Shown here in pieces: positions 17,822-27,026 of a stretch of 28,083 nucleotides of DNA. The notes below the pieces were generated by a model. That model was given only the letters and a program-made list of their open reading frames with translations, did not search any database and was not told the origin of the DNA. Positions within the stretch are counted from its first letter, which is position 1. Every line of letters starts with the position of its first letter. The position numbers and the translations under genes were made by a program. Origin of the DNA: Promethearchaeota archaeon (GTDB taxonomy: Archaea > Asgardarchaeota > Lokiarchaeia > Sigyniarchaeales > SOKP01); contig SDNY01000043.1 in NCBI GenBank assembly GCA_004524535.1, positions 1-28,083 on the forward strand, given 5' to 3'.

Positions 17822-19327
17822 ATGTCTAATCCAGCTAAAAAATTAGAAAATTTAAAGGTTGACCTTGATAATGCTAAAAGCTTTTTTTTTAAGAACATTG
17901 AAAAGATGGAATCGACAATCCATATTTATACCCATATAGATGCTGATGGCCTAGCAGCGGGAGCAATTCTCGGAAAAGCACTTTATAGGGCAAATATTCC
18001 TTTTCAAATTACAATACTTAGACAATTAGAGAGGGAAGAAATTCTAAAAATAGCAAATATGGAATCAAATAATTTCATTATTTTTTCTGATTTTGGGAGT
18101 GGTCAATATTTAGAACTTCAGGAAAAATTAATCGAAAATGGTCATTTAGCTCCTTTTTTAATTTTAGATCACCATTTACCTCAAAATATTGCTAATAAGG
18201 AAGACTTTGATTCCATCAAAGATATTCATCAAAAAACAACCCCTTGGCAGATAAATCCATATTTTTATGATATCGACGGGAGTACAGAGATATCGGGGGC
18301 AGGAATTTGTTATTATTTTGCAAAGTGTTTAAACGAAAAAAATTTAGACCTCTCTCCAGTAGCGATCGTCGGTGCTATTGGAGATATACAGAATCAAGGT
18401 CCGAACAAATCTTTTATGGGTTTAAATTCACTGATAGTTGATGATGCAAAACGAAATGGATATATTGAGATTATTGATGATTTAAATTTCACATCATTAA
18501 AACCCTTAAACGAAGCAATTGCGTATTCGTCTGAAATAATATTACCAGGATTGACTAACAATGTTAATAAAACATTAAAATTTTTACAGACTTTAGGTAT
18601 TTTAATGGAGAATTCTGAAGGAAATGTAAGAACTTTACAAGATTTAAATAAGGATGAAAAACAAAAAGTATCTAGTGCGATAATTGAATATGCGTCTCTT
18701 AAATTAGATATTGAACCAAGTGAAATTATTAAAAAACTAATCGTAAATCGCTATTTAATAAAAAATGAAATTAATTATTCAGATCTTTATGATACTAGAG
18801 AATTTTCATTTATTCTAAATGCATGTGGAAGAACTAATAATGCGGCTTTAGGAATTGCTATTGCAATGGGAGATAGAAAAAATTCCTATGAACAAGCTCA
18901 AGAGAATCAATTAAATTATAAAAAATCACTCATGAAAGGACTTTCATGGATTAAAGAAAAGGATAAAATACAGCAAATGGATTTTATTCAATACTTTTTT
19001 GGAGAAGATATAATTCCAGAAAACATTATTGGAACAGTTTCTTCAATGTTAATTAGAAGCAAGCTTATTAATATAATGAAACCAATTTTTGGTGTAGCCC
19101 TCCGAGAAGATGATGAAGTATACAAAATCTCAGGAAGGGCTCATGAACAAATTGTAGATAAAGGAGTAAACCTTTCAGAAGCAATTAGAGAGGCACTAAC
19201 ACTTTCAAACTTAGATTCTTTAGGTGGTGGACATCCTCCCGCAGCTGGGACTATCGTTCCTGTCAATAAAATCGATCTTTTTTTAGAAAATTGTAATGAA
19301 GTTATTAAAAAGCAATTAAAAACTTAA
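17822..19327 (+). CDS. recJ: archaeal RecJ/GAN (Cdc45-related) DHH phosphoesterase
   Basis: HIDADG, SDFGSG, LDHH, GAIGDIQ, archaeal insertion KPLNEAIAYS...LPGLT, LNACGR and DHHA1 motif GGGHPPAAG. Alternative TTG start at 17816. Confidence 0.92.
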   Translation: MSNPAKKLENLKVDLDNAKSFFFKNIEKMESTIHIYTHIDADGLAAGAILGKALYRANIPFQITILRQLEREEILKIANMESNNFIIFSDFGSGQYLELQEKLIENGHLAPFLILDHHLPQNIANKEDFDSIKDIHQKTTPWQINPYFYDIDGSTEISGAGICYYFAKCLNEKNLDLSPVAIVGAIGDIQNQGPNKSFMGLNSLIVDDAKRNGYIEIIDDLNFTSLKPLNEAIAYSSEIILPGLTNNVNKTLKFLQTLGILMENSEGNVRTLQDLNKDEKQKVSSAIIEYASLKLDIEPSEIIKKLIVNRYLIKNEINYSDLYDTREFSFILNACGRTNNAALGIAIAMGDRKNSYEQAQENQLNYKKSLMKGLSWIKEKDKIQQMDFIQYFFGEDIIPENIIGTVSSMLIRSKLINIMKPIFGVALREDDEVYKISGRAHEQIVDKGVNLSEAIREALTLSNLDSLGGGHPPAAGTIVPVNKIDLFLENCNEVIKKQLKT

Positions 19328-19354
19328 AACAATTTGTAAAACCTTTTAATTCAC

Positions 19355-20653
19355 TTATATTTTGTAAACTTCTCCTATTTCTGGAGCAACAGAACTATAC
19401 GATTTTTTTGCCATCTCGTTTGCTAAAGTAGTAGTAGCTTCTTTATCTCCGTGAATACAAAAGATAAAATTTGAACCATCACGAAATCTTAAATCTTCAA
19501 TGTATTGACGAATATGAGCACCATCAGCATGACTTGAAAAGTCAAAATAATCGTAATCGCATTTAGCTTCAATCTTAAAAGCTTCCATATATCCTCGTCT
19601 AAATTTTTCCTTAAATTCAATAATTCCTTTATCTAAAAGACTTCTTCCAGGGGATCCTTCAACTTGGTATCCAATTAAATAAATAGCTGATTTTGGATCA
19701 TTTAAGATTGATTCGACAAAGAATTTTGAAGGGCCCCCCCGTAACATACCAGAAGGAGCTATAATCACTCCATTAGATCTCTTTGCTATATTTCTTCCCT
19801 TTCTTGATAAAAATTGAGCATTATTTAGTGCTTTTCTATACATTTTTATATTCTTAAGAGATTCAGGAAAATTTAATAAAAGAGTAGATATTTTTCTTGC
19901 CAATCCATCAATAAAGATTTTACCCTTATAACCGTATTTTTGTAGTATTAATAAGGCTTCTTGAGAACGAGCCACTCCAAAAGCAGGAATAAGAACTTTT
20001 CCATCGTTTTCAGTAATATCTATTATCTTTTCTGCAAAATTTTTCTCAAGGTCCTCTCTCCCTGGATGATTTCTTAGAACATATGTACTTTCAGTAATTA
20101 AAGCATCAATTTCTGGTATAAAAGAAGAGCTTGTCGGATTAACTAAATTTGTTATTTGATTATTAATATCTCCTGTATATAAAATTATTTTATTATCTAC
20201 TTCTATTAAAATTGAAACACTTCCAGGGATATGCCCAGCATTAATAAATGAGATATAAAAATCTTTACCTATTTTTTGACGCACTCCATTCTCTAAAAAG
20301 CGTGTATATTGCATCATTTTATTTAAATCTTTTAGCCCAAAAGGGTATGCATAATTTGATATTCTTATCATATCTCTTATAAGAATTTCAGTTATTTCTA
20401 GTGATACAGCATTAGTGAAGAATGGTACAGAATTATTTTTAAAAATAAATGGCAATGCTCCTGAATGATCTATATGGCAATGGGTTAGAGCGACGGCTTT
20501 TAAATTGTTATAATCAAAATCAAGAGGAAGTCTTTCCTTGCCTCGAAAACGAATACCATAATCAATAATACATTTTTCTTGATTTTTAGACTCAATTAAA
20601 ACACCAGATCGACCAACTTCTCTGCAACCACCTAAAAATGTAATTTTTACCAT
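19355..20653 (-). CDS. beta-CASP metallo-beta-lactamase ribonuclease (aCPSF2-like, no KH domains)
   Basis: LGGCREVGRS, THCHIDHSG, AGHIPGS, YTGD, ESTY, PAFGVARSQE, SGMLRGG and FSSHAD. Confidence 0.92.
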   Translation of the reverse strand: MVKITFLGGCREVGRSGVLIESKNQEKCIIDYGIRFRGKERLPLDFDYNNLKAVALTHCHIDHSGALPFIFKNNSVPFFTNAVSLEITEILIRDMIRISNYAYPFGLKDLNKMMQYTRFLENGVRQKIGKDFYISFINAGHIPGSVSILIEVDNKIILYTGDINNQITNLVNPTSSSFIPEIDALITESTYVLRNHPGREDLEKNFAEKIIDITENDGKVLIPAFGVARSQEALLILQKYGYKGKIFIDGLARKISTLLLNFPESLKNIKMYRKALNNAQFLSRKGRNIAKRSNGVIIAPSGMLRGGPSKFFVESILNDPKSAIYLIGYQVEGSPGRSLLDKGIIEFKEKFRRGYMEAFKIEAKCDYDYFDFSSHADGAHIRQYIEDLRFRDGSNFIFCIHGDKEATTTLANEMAKKSYSSVAPEIGEVYKI

Positions 20654-20721
20654 TAGCTATAATATCCCCTAAAAAATTTTTAAAAAAAAAAATAAATAGA
20701 AGCTACTTAAAATTAAAACTG

Positions 20722-21471
20722 TTATTTCATCTTTCTTATGGTATTAGTTAATAAAGCGATAACATTATTAACATTTTTTCCAAAAACTTCTAAAATTTCC
20801 TCCCAAGTAACAGGTGCCTCATCAATTTTCCAGCAATCATAATCAGTTGACATTGCAACAGCTGCATATGGAATTTCTGCCTCATTTGCCAAAGCTGTTT
20901 CAGGGGCAATGCTCATGTTTATTACGTCTGCACCCCATATTCTAAACATATTTGATTCAGCTCTCGTAGAAAATCTTGGACCTTCAATGGTAACCACTGT
21001 ACCTTTTTCATGATGTTTAAGATTCAATTCCTTAGCAGTCTCTATAAGGAGATTTCTTAATTCTTCAGAATACGGATCAGCCATAGGAGTATGCTTCATA
21101 TCTCCAGGAGCAAATTCTTCAAAAAAAGAGATTTTCCTAAGTCTTGTGAAATCTATAAATTGATCCAAAATGACTAAATCACCTCTATCAATTTTTTCTC
21201 TGAGGCTTCCGCAAGCGGTTGTTGCTAAAATATGAGTACAGCCTTGATCTTTTAATGCCTGTATATTAGCCCTATAGTTTACCTGAGTTGGAGGGATTGT
21301 ATGTTCCCGTCCATGCCTAGCTATGAGAACAACCTCAACATCATGAATTTTGCCAATTTTCAAATCAGATGTAGGTTTACCATAAGGTGTTTTAACTTTT
21401 ATTTCTTTAACATCCTTTAAAATGTCAGGATTATCTAATCCTGAACCTCCAATTATTCCAATTTTTGCCAT
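20722..21471 (-). CDS. mtnP: S-methyl-5'-thioadenosine phosphorylase
   Basis: IGIIGGSG, TPYG, RHGREH..PP..VNYRANI, EGPRFSTRAES, MSTDYDCW. The ATG at 21471 lies 5 nt after an SD-like GGTGA, which contains the GTG used by the track. Confidence 0.95.
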   Translation of the reverse strand: MAKIGIIGGSGLDNPDILKDVKEIKVKTPYGKPTSDLKIGKIHDVEVVLIARHGREHTIPPTQVNYRANIQALKDQGCTHILATTACGSLREKIDRGDLVILDQFIDFTRLRKISFFEEFAPGDMKHTPMADPYSEELRNLLIETAKELNLKHHEKGTVVTIEGPRFSTRAESNMFRIWGADVINMSIAPETALANEAEIPYAAVAMSTDYDCWKIDEAPVTWEEILEVFGKNVNNVIALLTNTIRKMK

Positions 21472-21494
21472 AATGTTCACCAGTTTCTTATATT

Positions 21495-22022
21495 TTATTC
21501 CTCAACAGGAATTTCTAAAAGAGTAAAAATATCATATCCTTTTAATTTATCTCTTCCATGTAAACTACCAGTAAGTTCTATTACAAAAGCTATTCCTTCA
21601 ACAGTACCTCCTGATTTTTCAACAAGATTACAAGCTGCCTTAGCCGTTCCTCCTGTGGCTAATAAATCATCAAATATTAATACCTTTTCGCCTTTTTCAA
21701 TCGCATCACTATGCATTTCAATGGAATCGGTACCATACTCTAATTCATATGTCTCGCTAATTGTTTTTGCAGGTAATTTACCAGGTTTTCTCATTAATAT
21801 AAATCCCGCACCTAATTGATATGCGATAACACCTCCCCAAACATAACCTCTAGCTTCAATTGCAGCAACTTTATCTATTCCCTTTTTTTTATAATGCTTA
21901 ATTATCTTATCGCAAGACTCTTTAAAAGCAGAATAATTTTTGCATAAAGTAGTTACATCTTTAAACTGAATCCCGGGTTTAGGAAAATCGGGAACATTTC
22001 TTATATGTTTTTCCAAATCCAT
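21495..22022 (-). CDS. apt: adenine phosphoribosyltransferase
   Basis: PDFPKPGIQFKD, IEARG, RKPGKLP, YELEYG and PRPP-binding IFDDLLATGGT. Confidence 0.96.
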   Translation of the reverse strand: MDLEKHIRNVPDFPKPGIQFKDVTTLCKNYSAFKESCDKIIKHYKKKGIDKVAAIEARGYVWGGVIAYQLGAGFILMRKPGKLPAKTISETYELEYGTDSIEMHSDAIEKGEKVLIFDDLLATGGTAKAACNLVEKSGGTVEGIAFVIELTGSLHGRDKLKGYDIFTLLEIPVEE

Positions 22023-22304
22023 AATTAAAAACTCGTCTTTTTTTATGTTTCAATTATTTTTAACTAATTAAATTTAAAATGATATTTAATATTTTTATTC
22101 AAGAAGAATTTAGTATTATTTAGTATTAATACAATTTGTTCTAATTGTTATTTATAGAAAAAATTAATTTTGTTTTGTAAGGAACAATTTATGAAAATAA
22201 TCATTAGATATGCTCATTAAAAAAATAAATTTACAAAAAATTAAATAAAACTGATTAAATGTTATATTATAATGAATGTAAATCTTCATAATTATATCAT
22301 TTAA

Positions 22305-22310
22305 AGGTGA
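22305..22310 (+). promoter_or_regulatory. Shine-Dalgarno AGGTGA of the Rag-like gene
   Basis: AGGTGA lies 7 nt upstream of the in-frame ATT at 22318; the same GGTGA core precedes mtnP. Confidence 0.6.
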
Positions 22311-22317
22311 AATTTCG

Positions 22318-23274
22318 ATTAAGATATTACTGTTTGGTCCTGCTGGAGCCGGAAAAACAAGTTTAATGAGAACAACCTGCCTAGGTTATAACTTTATGAA
22401 AGTGGCAAACATTAAACCAACAAAGGGTATTTCCCGTGAAAATTTTATATTTCGTGGCATAATGGAATTGACTATTTGGGACGCTGGAGGTCAGGAACGA
22501 TATTTAGAAAGGTATTTCTCTGAACCTCAACGAGAACTTATTTTTTCAGAAGTTACTACGTCAGTTTTTATGATTGATTCTACAGTTAAAAATCATAAAG
22601 TAAAAGAAGTTTTTGATAAATTTTTAGAATATATAATTCAGTTTTCTCCTAATATTGATAAAATCTATGTTCTGTTGAATAAAATTGATTTGGAAAATTC
22701 AATGGAAGATGAGGTCTTTAAATTTTTGTCTGAAAATATATCCGAAAATTTACGAGATAAGCTTGCTTTTACTCCTGTCTCTGTCAAAGAGGGTAGTGCT
22801 CAGCATAGATTAATTGAAATTTTAGATTTTGAAATTCAAAAGTCAACATTAAGTATGCAGAAGCTGGGTAAAATTAGATCCTTATTGGATAAATTAAAAA
22901 CAAGTTCTTTATCTGAATATCTTCTATTTAATCAACCAGATGGATTATTAATTGCTTCTACATTTGGTAAATTTGAGAGTAAACCATTAGAATTCATAAG
23001 GTTTGAAATGGGTACATTGGACTCCAATCTTTATCAAATATATCAACAAGCAATGGAAATTTTAAATGTAAAAAATCTTAGTCCTTTAGGCCTTTCCACA
23101 ATTATTTATGAATCAGATACTTGCTTTGTTTTAGTTAAGGAAGTCAGCGATGGAGCCGTTTTAATGACAATTTCGAAAAATAAACACCCCAATGTGTTTT
23201 CAGATATTATAACAGCACTAAATAGTCCAGACTTTGAAAGCTTAAAGAAATTTGTAAGCACTTCAGAACTATAA
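22318..23274 (+). CDS. RagA/Gtr1-like GTPase with C-terminal roadblock-like domain; apparent ATT start
   Basis: The in-frame extension upstream of the track's ATG (22366) reads IKILLFGPAGAGKTSL (G1). It continues with PTKG (G2), WDAGGQERYLERYF...QRELIF (G3 with Rag-like helix), NKID (G4) and a C-terminal alpha/beta domain containing PDGLLIAST. Confidence 0.88.
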   Translation: MKILLFGPAGAGKTSLMRTTCLGYNFMKVANIKPTKGISRENFIFRGIMELTIWDAGGQERYLERYFSEPQRELIFSEVTTSVFMIDSTVKNHKVKEVFDKFLEYIIQFSPNIDKIYVLLNKIDLENSMEDEVFKFLSENISENLRDKLAFTPVSVKEGSAQHRLIEILDFEIQKSTLSMQKLGKIRSLLDKLKTSSLSEYLLFNQPDGLLIASTFGKFESKPLEFIRFEMGTLDSNLYQIYQQAMEILNVKNLSPLGLSTIIYESDTCFVLVKEVSDGAVLMTISKNKHPNVFSDIITALNSPDFESLKKFVSTSEL

Positions 23275-23357
23275 ATCAAATTATTTTTAAAAAAATTCAA
23301 AAAAATAAAAATAAAGGAAAAAGAAAGTTTAATTTCTACTTTTTTCAAGTTTTTAAT

Positions 23358-24203
23358 TTATTGTTCTTTATCCATTAAACTTCTTTTTGTTAGAAATTGT
23401 TGCTTGGTGTGATGAGGTTTCCTAAGAACAGTATCGTTAGCTTTCTCTATTTCTCTAGCTTCATAACACATAAGTGCTGCGGTTGACATCATCTCGTGAG
23501 CCGCGGCTAATAAAGGCATATATTCAGCTCGTTCCTTTAATACAAAACATGCTTTTGCGGTTACTTTAGATACAGATGCAGCTAATTCAAAGGCAGCTAT
23601 TGCTTTAGCTTTAGCATAAGGATTGGAGAAGCCCGCAGCTTCAGTTGCAATGCTTGAATCTATAATTATTTGAGGTAAAGTAGGAGTTCTTCCTTCCAAC
23701 ATGTCCAATATAACTTTATTTAACTCTTCAGCTATGACTTTAAGCGCTCCAGTAATAGCAAGAACTTTTAATAAATCCGCGTTAAAAATGCTCATTTCAA
23801 TAGGGTCTAAGAATGGTCGTCGTGCGCCAATCATACTGTCACAATTAACAAGGATATAGCCCATTCCCTTTTCCTTAATTTCATCAACAGCCTTCTTAGC
23901 TGGTGAATCAGAAATAATTATGGTTGGAATTCCTGCTTCATTTGCCTTTTCTCTGCATGCTTTAGGGCCTCCTAAGGCGGCATTAGGGCTAGACATAAGA
24001 ATTAATTCAGGGTTCATTTCGAGTAATTTATCAATAGTAGGTAAACATATTTCTGGAGGGTGCATTTTAGCCCCAGATGTAACTTCTATTACATTGATCC
24101 TTTTTCCTTCTGCTCTTTCATCCATAAGGAAAGCAAGCAACAGAGAGCTTCCGATAGTTCCGTTCTTGAGTATCCCGATCTTTAATACCTTGTCTTCACT
24201 CAT
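23358..24203 (-). CDS. mtd: F420-dependent methylene-H4MPT dehydrogenase
   Basis: KIGILKNGTIG, DERA, SGAKMHP, SPNAALGGP, DSMIGARRPFLDPIEM, FSNPYAKAKA, AHEM and EAREIEK...R.PH. ATG at 24203 (MSEDK) preferred. Confidence 0.96.
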   Translation of the reverse strand: MSEDKVLKIGILKNGTIGSSLLLAFLMDERAEGKRINVIEVTSGAKMHPPEICLPTIDKLLEMNPELILMSSPNAALGGPKACREKANEAGIPTIIISDSPAKKAVDEIKEKGMGYILVNCDSMIGARRPFLDPIEMSIFNADLLKVLAITGALKVIAEELNKVILDMLEGRTPTLPQIIIDSSIATEAAGFSNPYAKAKAIAAFELAASVSKVTAKACFVLKERAEYMPLLAAAHEMMSTAALMCYEAREIEKANDTVLRKPHHTKQQFLTKRSLMDKEQ

Positions 24204-24335
24204 AATTAACAACTTTTTATTATTATGTCAATTAAAAATTTGATATCTCTTAAAATATTCCAAATGTTTTAATTATTTTTTAAAATTAAAGATATCATTG
24301 AGTAATAATTTTCAAAAAAAAATGGTTGATGAAAA

Positions 24336-25259
24336 ATGATTTTAAACGGAGTAGAAATAGAGAATACCTATTGCGAAGGTTTTGGAGGGTTTTTTACTAG
24401 GATTTTGGTGACTGCGAAAAATGAAAAATGGGTGAAAATCGCTGCTCAAGAAGTTACTGGTTATGGTACATCAGGTATTGGTTGTGATGCTGAAGCTGCT
24501 ATTGATGTATTCGTTCCAGCAGAAAAGACGCCGGACAAACGCCCAGGAGTAATCCTAATGTTTTTTATGACTAAGAAGGATAAAGTTAGTGATATCATGC
24601 TACATCGAATAGGTCAATGCATTCTTACTTGCCCTACTACTGCTTGTTTTGATGCTCTGAGTGGATCATTAGATCCCGTTAAAGAATTTGCAATTAAAAC
24701 GGGTTTTTTCTTGAAATTTTTTGGAGATAAATATGAAGAAAAAGTTGAAGGTGTTTACCCATTTCCTGCATGGAAAATCCCAATTATGGGGGGAGAATTT
24801 ATAGTTCAAAGTACCTTTAAAGTAGGTAAAGGAATTGCTGGAGGAAACTTTTTAATAATTGGTAAAGACCAAGATTCAACTCTTGAGGCTGCAGAGAAAG
24901 CTATCGAAGCAATTAAAGATTTAGAAAATCTTATAACCCCCTTCCCTGGAGGTATAGTCCCCTCTGGATCCAAAGTTGGAACGAGGTATGAAAATATCCC
25001 TGGACTTTTTGCAACCACGAACCATAAATATTGTCCGACTTTGAGAGAAAATATTGAGGATTCTGAGTTGCGAGAAGGAGATGGATGTGTTTTTGAAATT
25101 GTTTTAGATGGCGCTACTGAAGATATAATAAAAAAAGGAATGAAAATAGGAATAGAAGCAGCTGTGAAGGTTCCTGGAATAAATCGAATTTCTGCAGGCA
25201 ATTACGGTGGGAAATTAGGAAAATTTCTATTTAAACTTCATGAGCTAGGTTTAGAATAA
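24336..25259 (+). CDS. ftr: formylmethanofuran:H4MPT formyltransferase
   Basis: NGVEIENTYCEGF, TSGIGCDAEA, TPDKRPG, RIGQCILTCPTT, GIAGGN, PFPGGIVPSGSKVG and ISAGNYGGKLG. Confidence 0.96.
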   Translation: MILNGVEIENTYCEGFGGFFTRILVTAKNEKWVKIAAQEVTGYGTSGIGCDAEAAIDVFVPAEKTPDKRPGVILMFFMTKKDKVSDIMLHRIGQCILTCPTTACFDALSGSLDPVKEFAIKTGFFLKFFGDKYEEKVEGVYPFPAWKIPIMGGEFIVQSTFKVGKGIAGGNFLIIGKDQDSTLEAAEKAIEAIKDLENLITPFPGGIVPSGSKVGTRYENIPGLFATTNHKYCPTLRENIEDSELREGDGCVFEIVLDGATEDIIKKGMKIGIEAAVKVPGINRISAGNYGGKLGKFLFKLHELGLE

Positions 25260-25303
25260 AAATTATCAGAAATAATTTGTTGTTAAATACCAAATTTTTT
25301 CTT

Positions 25304-27016
25304 TTATTTTAATTTTCTTTTTATTTTTCGTGGTTTTCTAAGTTCTTTTTTCTCAGGTTTTTCCTCTTCAATTAGTTTTTTCGTTGGTTTTGGTTTAGTA
25401 GGAGGAGGTTCTGGTTTTTTGGGTTTTTTTTCCTTTTTAGATCTTTTCTCCAAAGCTTCTATCTTTTCTTCAGGTTTATAAATTAACATTTTTGATTTCA
25501 TAGTATAATAAGTTATTCCAGTGCCAACCAGAATACCGATGATTAACCCGATTATTAACATAATCCAAGGCAAAATATTACTTAAAGTATCTGGAATAAC
25601 CGTAATTTTTTGGGGTGCTGTGTCGAAATCATCATCTAATCCTACAGTTTCGCCATCAGTGTCAGTCACATAAACATAAATTTCCCAAGTTCCAGTAATT
25701 AATTCTGCCGTTCTAACAGTAATTTCAAGATCACTCTCGTATTCTCTTGTGATTTCATACTCATCATCTTCTTCATTTATAAGTAAGAGGGTAATGTAAG
25801 CAACTCCCTCAATATCAGATACATCAAATTCAAAGACTAAATCTTCTCCATAATTCACAGATATACTTTCGTCGGTATCATAGTCATTAATTTCGTATCC
25901 ATCGATTTCAGGGGGGTTGTTTTTTACATTTATTGCACCCTTATATTGTTCAATTTCTTCGAGATTATATAGGGTCTTGATGACATAATGATATTTTCTC
26001 GCAGGATAAGTAGCATCAACAGAAAAAGTGTTTGAAAATGTTCCATCATTGTTATTTATCAATAACAAATCATTTATATTAGTATCTATAAGAGTTAAAG
26101 ATACATTTATTAATTCAATGCGTAAATCGTTCTGAATATAGCTTACATTCGTATCAAGATTACAACTTTTCTCCCTAAATATTGAAGTTGGATTAAATAT
26201 TATTGAAGTTAATATAGAAACAGGTAATAGTACTTTAAATTGAAAATATGCAACAGCTGTCCTTTTGTAATTATTATTTACATCAGTCATATTAACTTTT
26301 ATGAAATAATTTTTATTCATTTGTTCGTAAGTCTCGTTGATTTCTATTTTAATATGAAATAAATCATTTCCCACATTAAAAATATTTTTTTGGATATTCT
26401 CATTTACATTATCTACGACGGTTATATTCCATTTAAAACTATATGGAACAAAATCATAGACAATCAACGATGTTTCTAATGTTTCTCCTCTACGATATTC
26501 AGATTTTTCTGGATCTAAACCAATCAAACAATTTGATTTTACTGTAAAATTTGATATTGTTGTTTGAGTATTTAATATAAAACCAGTACCGTTATAAACT
26601 ATGAATTTTACTTTATGAAATCCTAATGGAGCATCATATCCAGGTGTGTAAGTATACGTAAAATTGTCATTTGTAAGGTCAGTCATAGGATATGTTTCAT
26701 CTGTATTATCTGGAAAATAAATCTGTATATTCATATGATGAACAGTTAAAAAACCGGAAGCATTAACTGTAAAATTAACTGAGTGTAAATCTTGTAGAAA
26801 TCCTCGGTATATTGTTGTAGCATTTCTAAATATATTTGAATAATTCAGAGATTTTAGTCCATTAGACATTTTTGGTTTAAATTTTATATCTAATTTATCT
26901 AAATCTTTATTTTCCTCATTGGTTTGATTATTTGAAGAAATTATAGTAAAATTAAGAAATAAACCAAACAATAAAGAAAATATTAAGATTGTTGAAATGG
27001 TATTTTTTCTTTTCAA
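25304..27016 (-). CDS. single-pass cell-surface glycoprotein with beta-rich ectodomain and Lys/Pro-rich cytoplasmic tail
   Basis: TTG start after SD AGGAGA, signal-like N-terminus, beta-rich ectodomain with many N-x-S/T sequons, acidic membrane-proximal domain (NNPPEI...GTWEIYVYVTDTDG), TM helix, tail KKPKKPEPPPTKPKP...RKIKRKLK. Confidence 0.85.
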   Translation of the reverse strand: MKRKNTISTILIFSLLFGLFLNFTIISSNNQTNEENKDLDKLDIKFKPKMSNGLKSLNYSNIFRNATTIYRGFLQDLHSVNFTVNASGFLTVHHMNIQIYFPDNTDETYPMTDLTNDNFTYTYTPGYDAPLGFHKVKFIVYNGTGFILNTQTTISNFTVKSNCLIGLDPEKSEYRRGETLETSLIVYDFVPYSFKWNITVVDNVNENIQKNIFNVGNDLFHIKIEINETYEQMNKNYFIKVNMTDVNNNYKRTAVAYFQFKVLLPVSILTSIIFNPTSIFREKSCNLDTNVSYIQNDLRIELINVSLTLIDTNINDLLLINNNDGTFSNTFSVDATYPARKYHYVIKTLYNLEEIEQYKGAINVKNNPPEIDGYEINDYDTDESISVNYGEDLVFEFDVSDIEGVAYITLLLINEEDDEYEITREYESDLEITVRTAELITGTWEIYVYVTDTDGETVGLDDDFDTAPQKITVIPDTLSNILPWIMLIIGLIIGILVGTGITYYTMKSKMLIYKPEEKIEALEKRSKKEKKPKKPEPPPTKPKPTKKLIEEEKPEKKELRKPRKIKRKLK

Positions 27017-27026
27017 TTTAATCTCC

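Noticed and set aside
22307-22320. Programmed -1 frameshift from GTG 22307 into the Rag frame at AAATTTC
   Set aside because: The A_AAT_TTC heptamer is not in the GTG frame, and slippage at G_AAA_TTT would need mismatched re-pairing. An ATT start or a point change is simpler.
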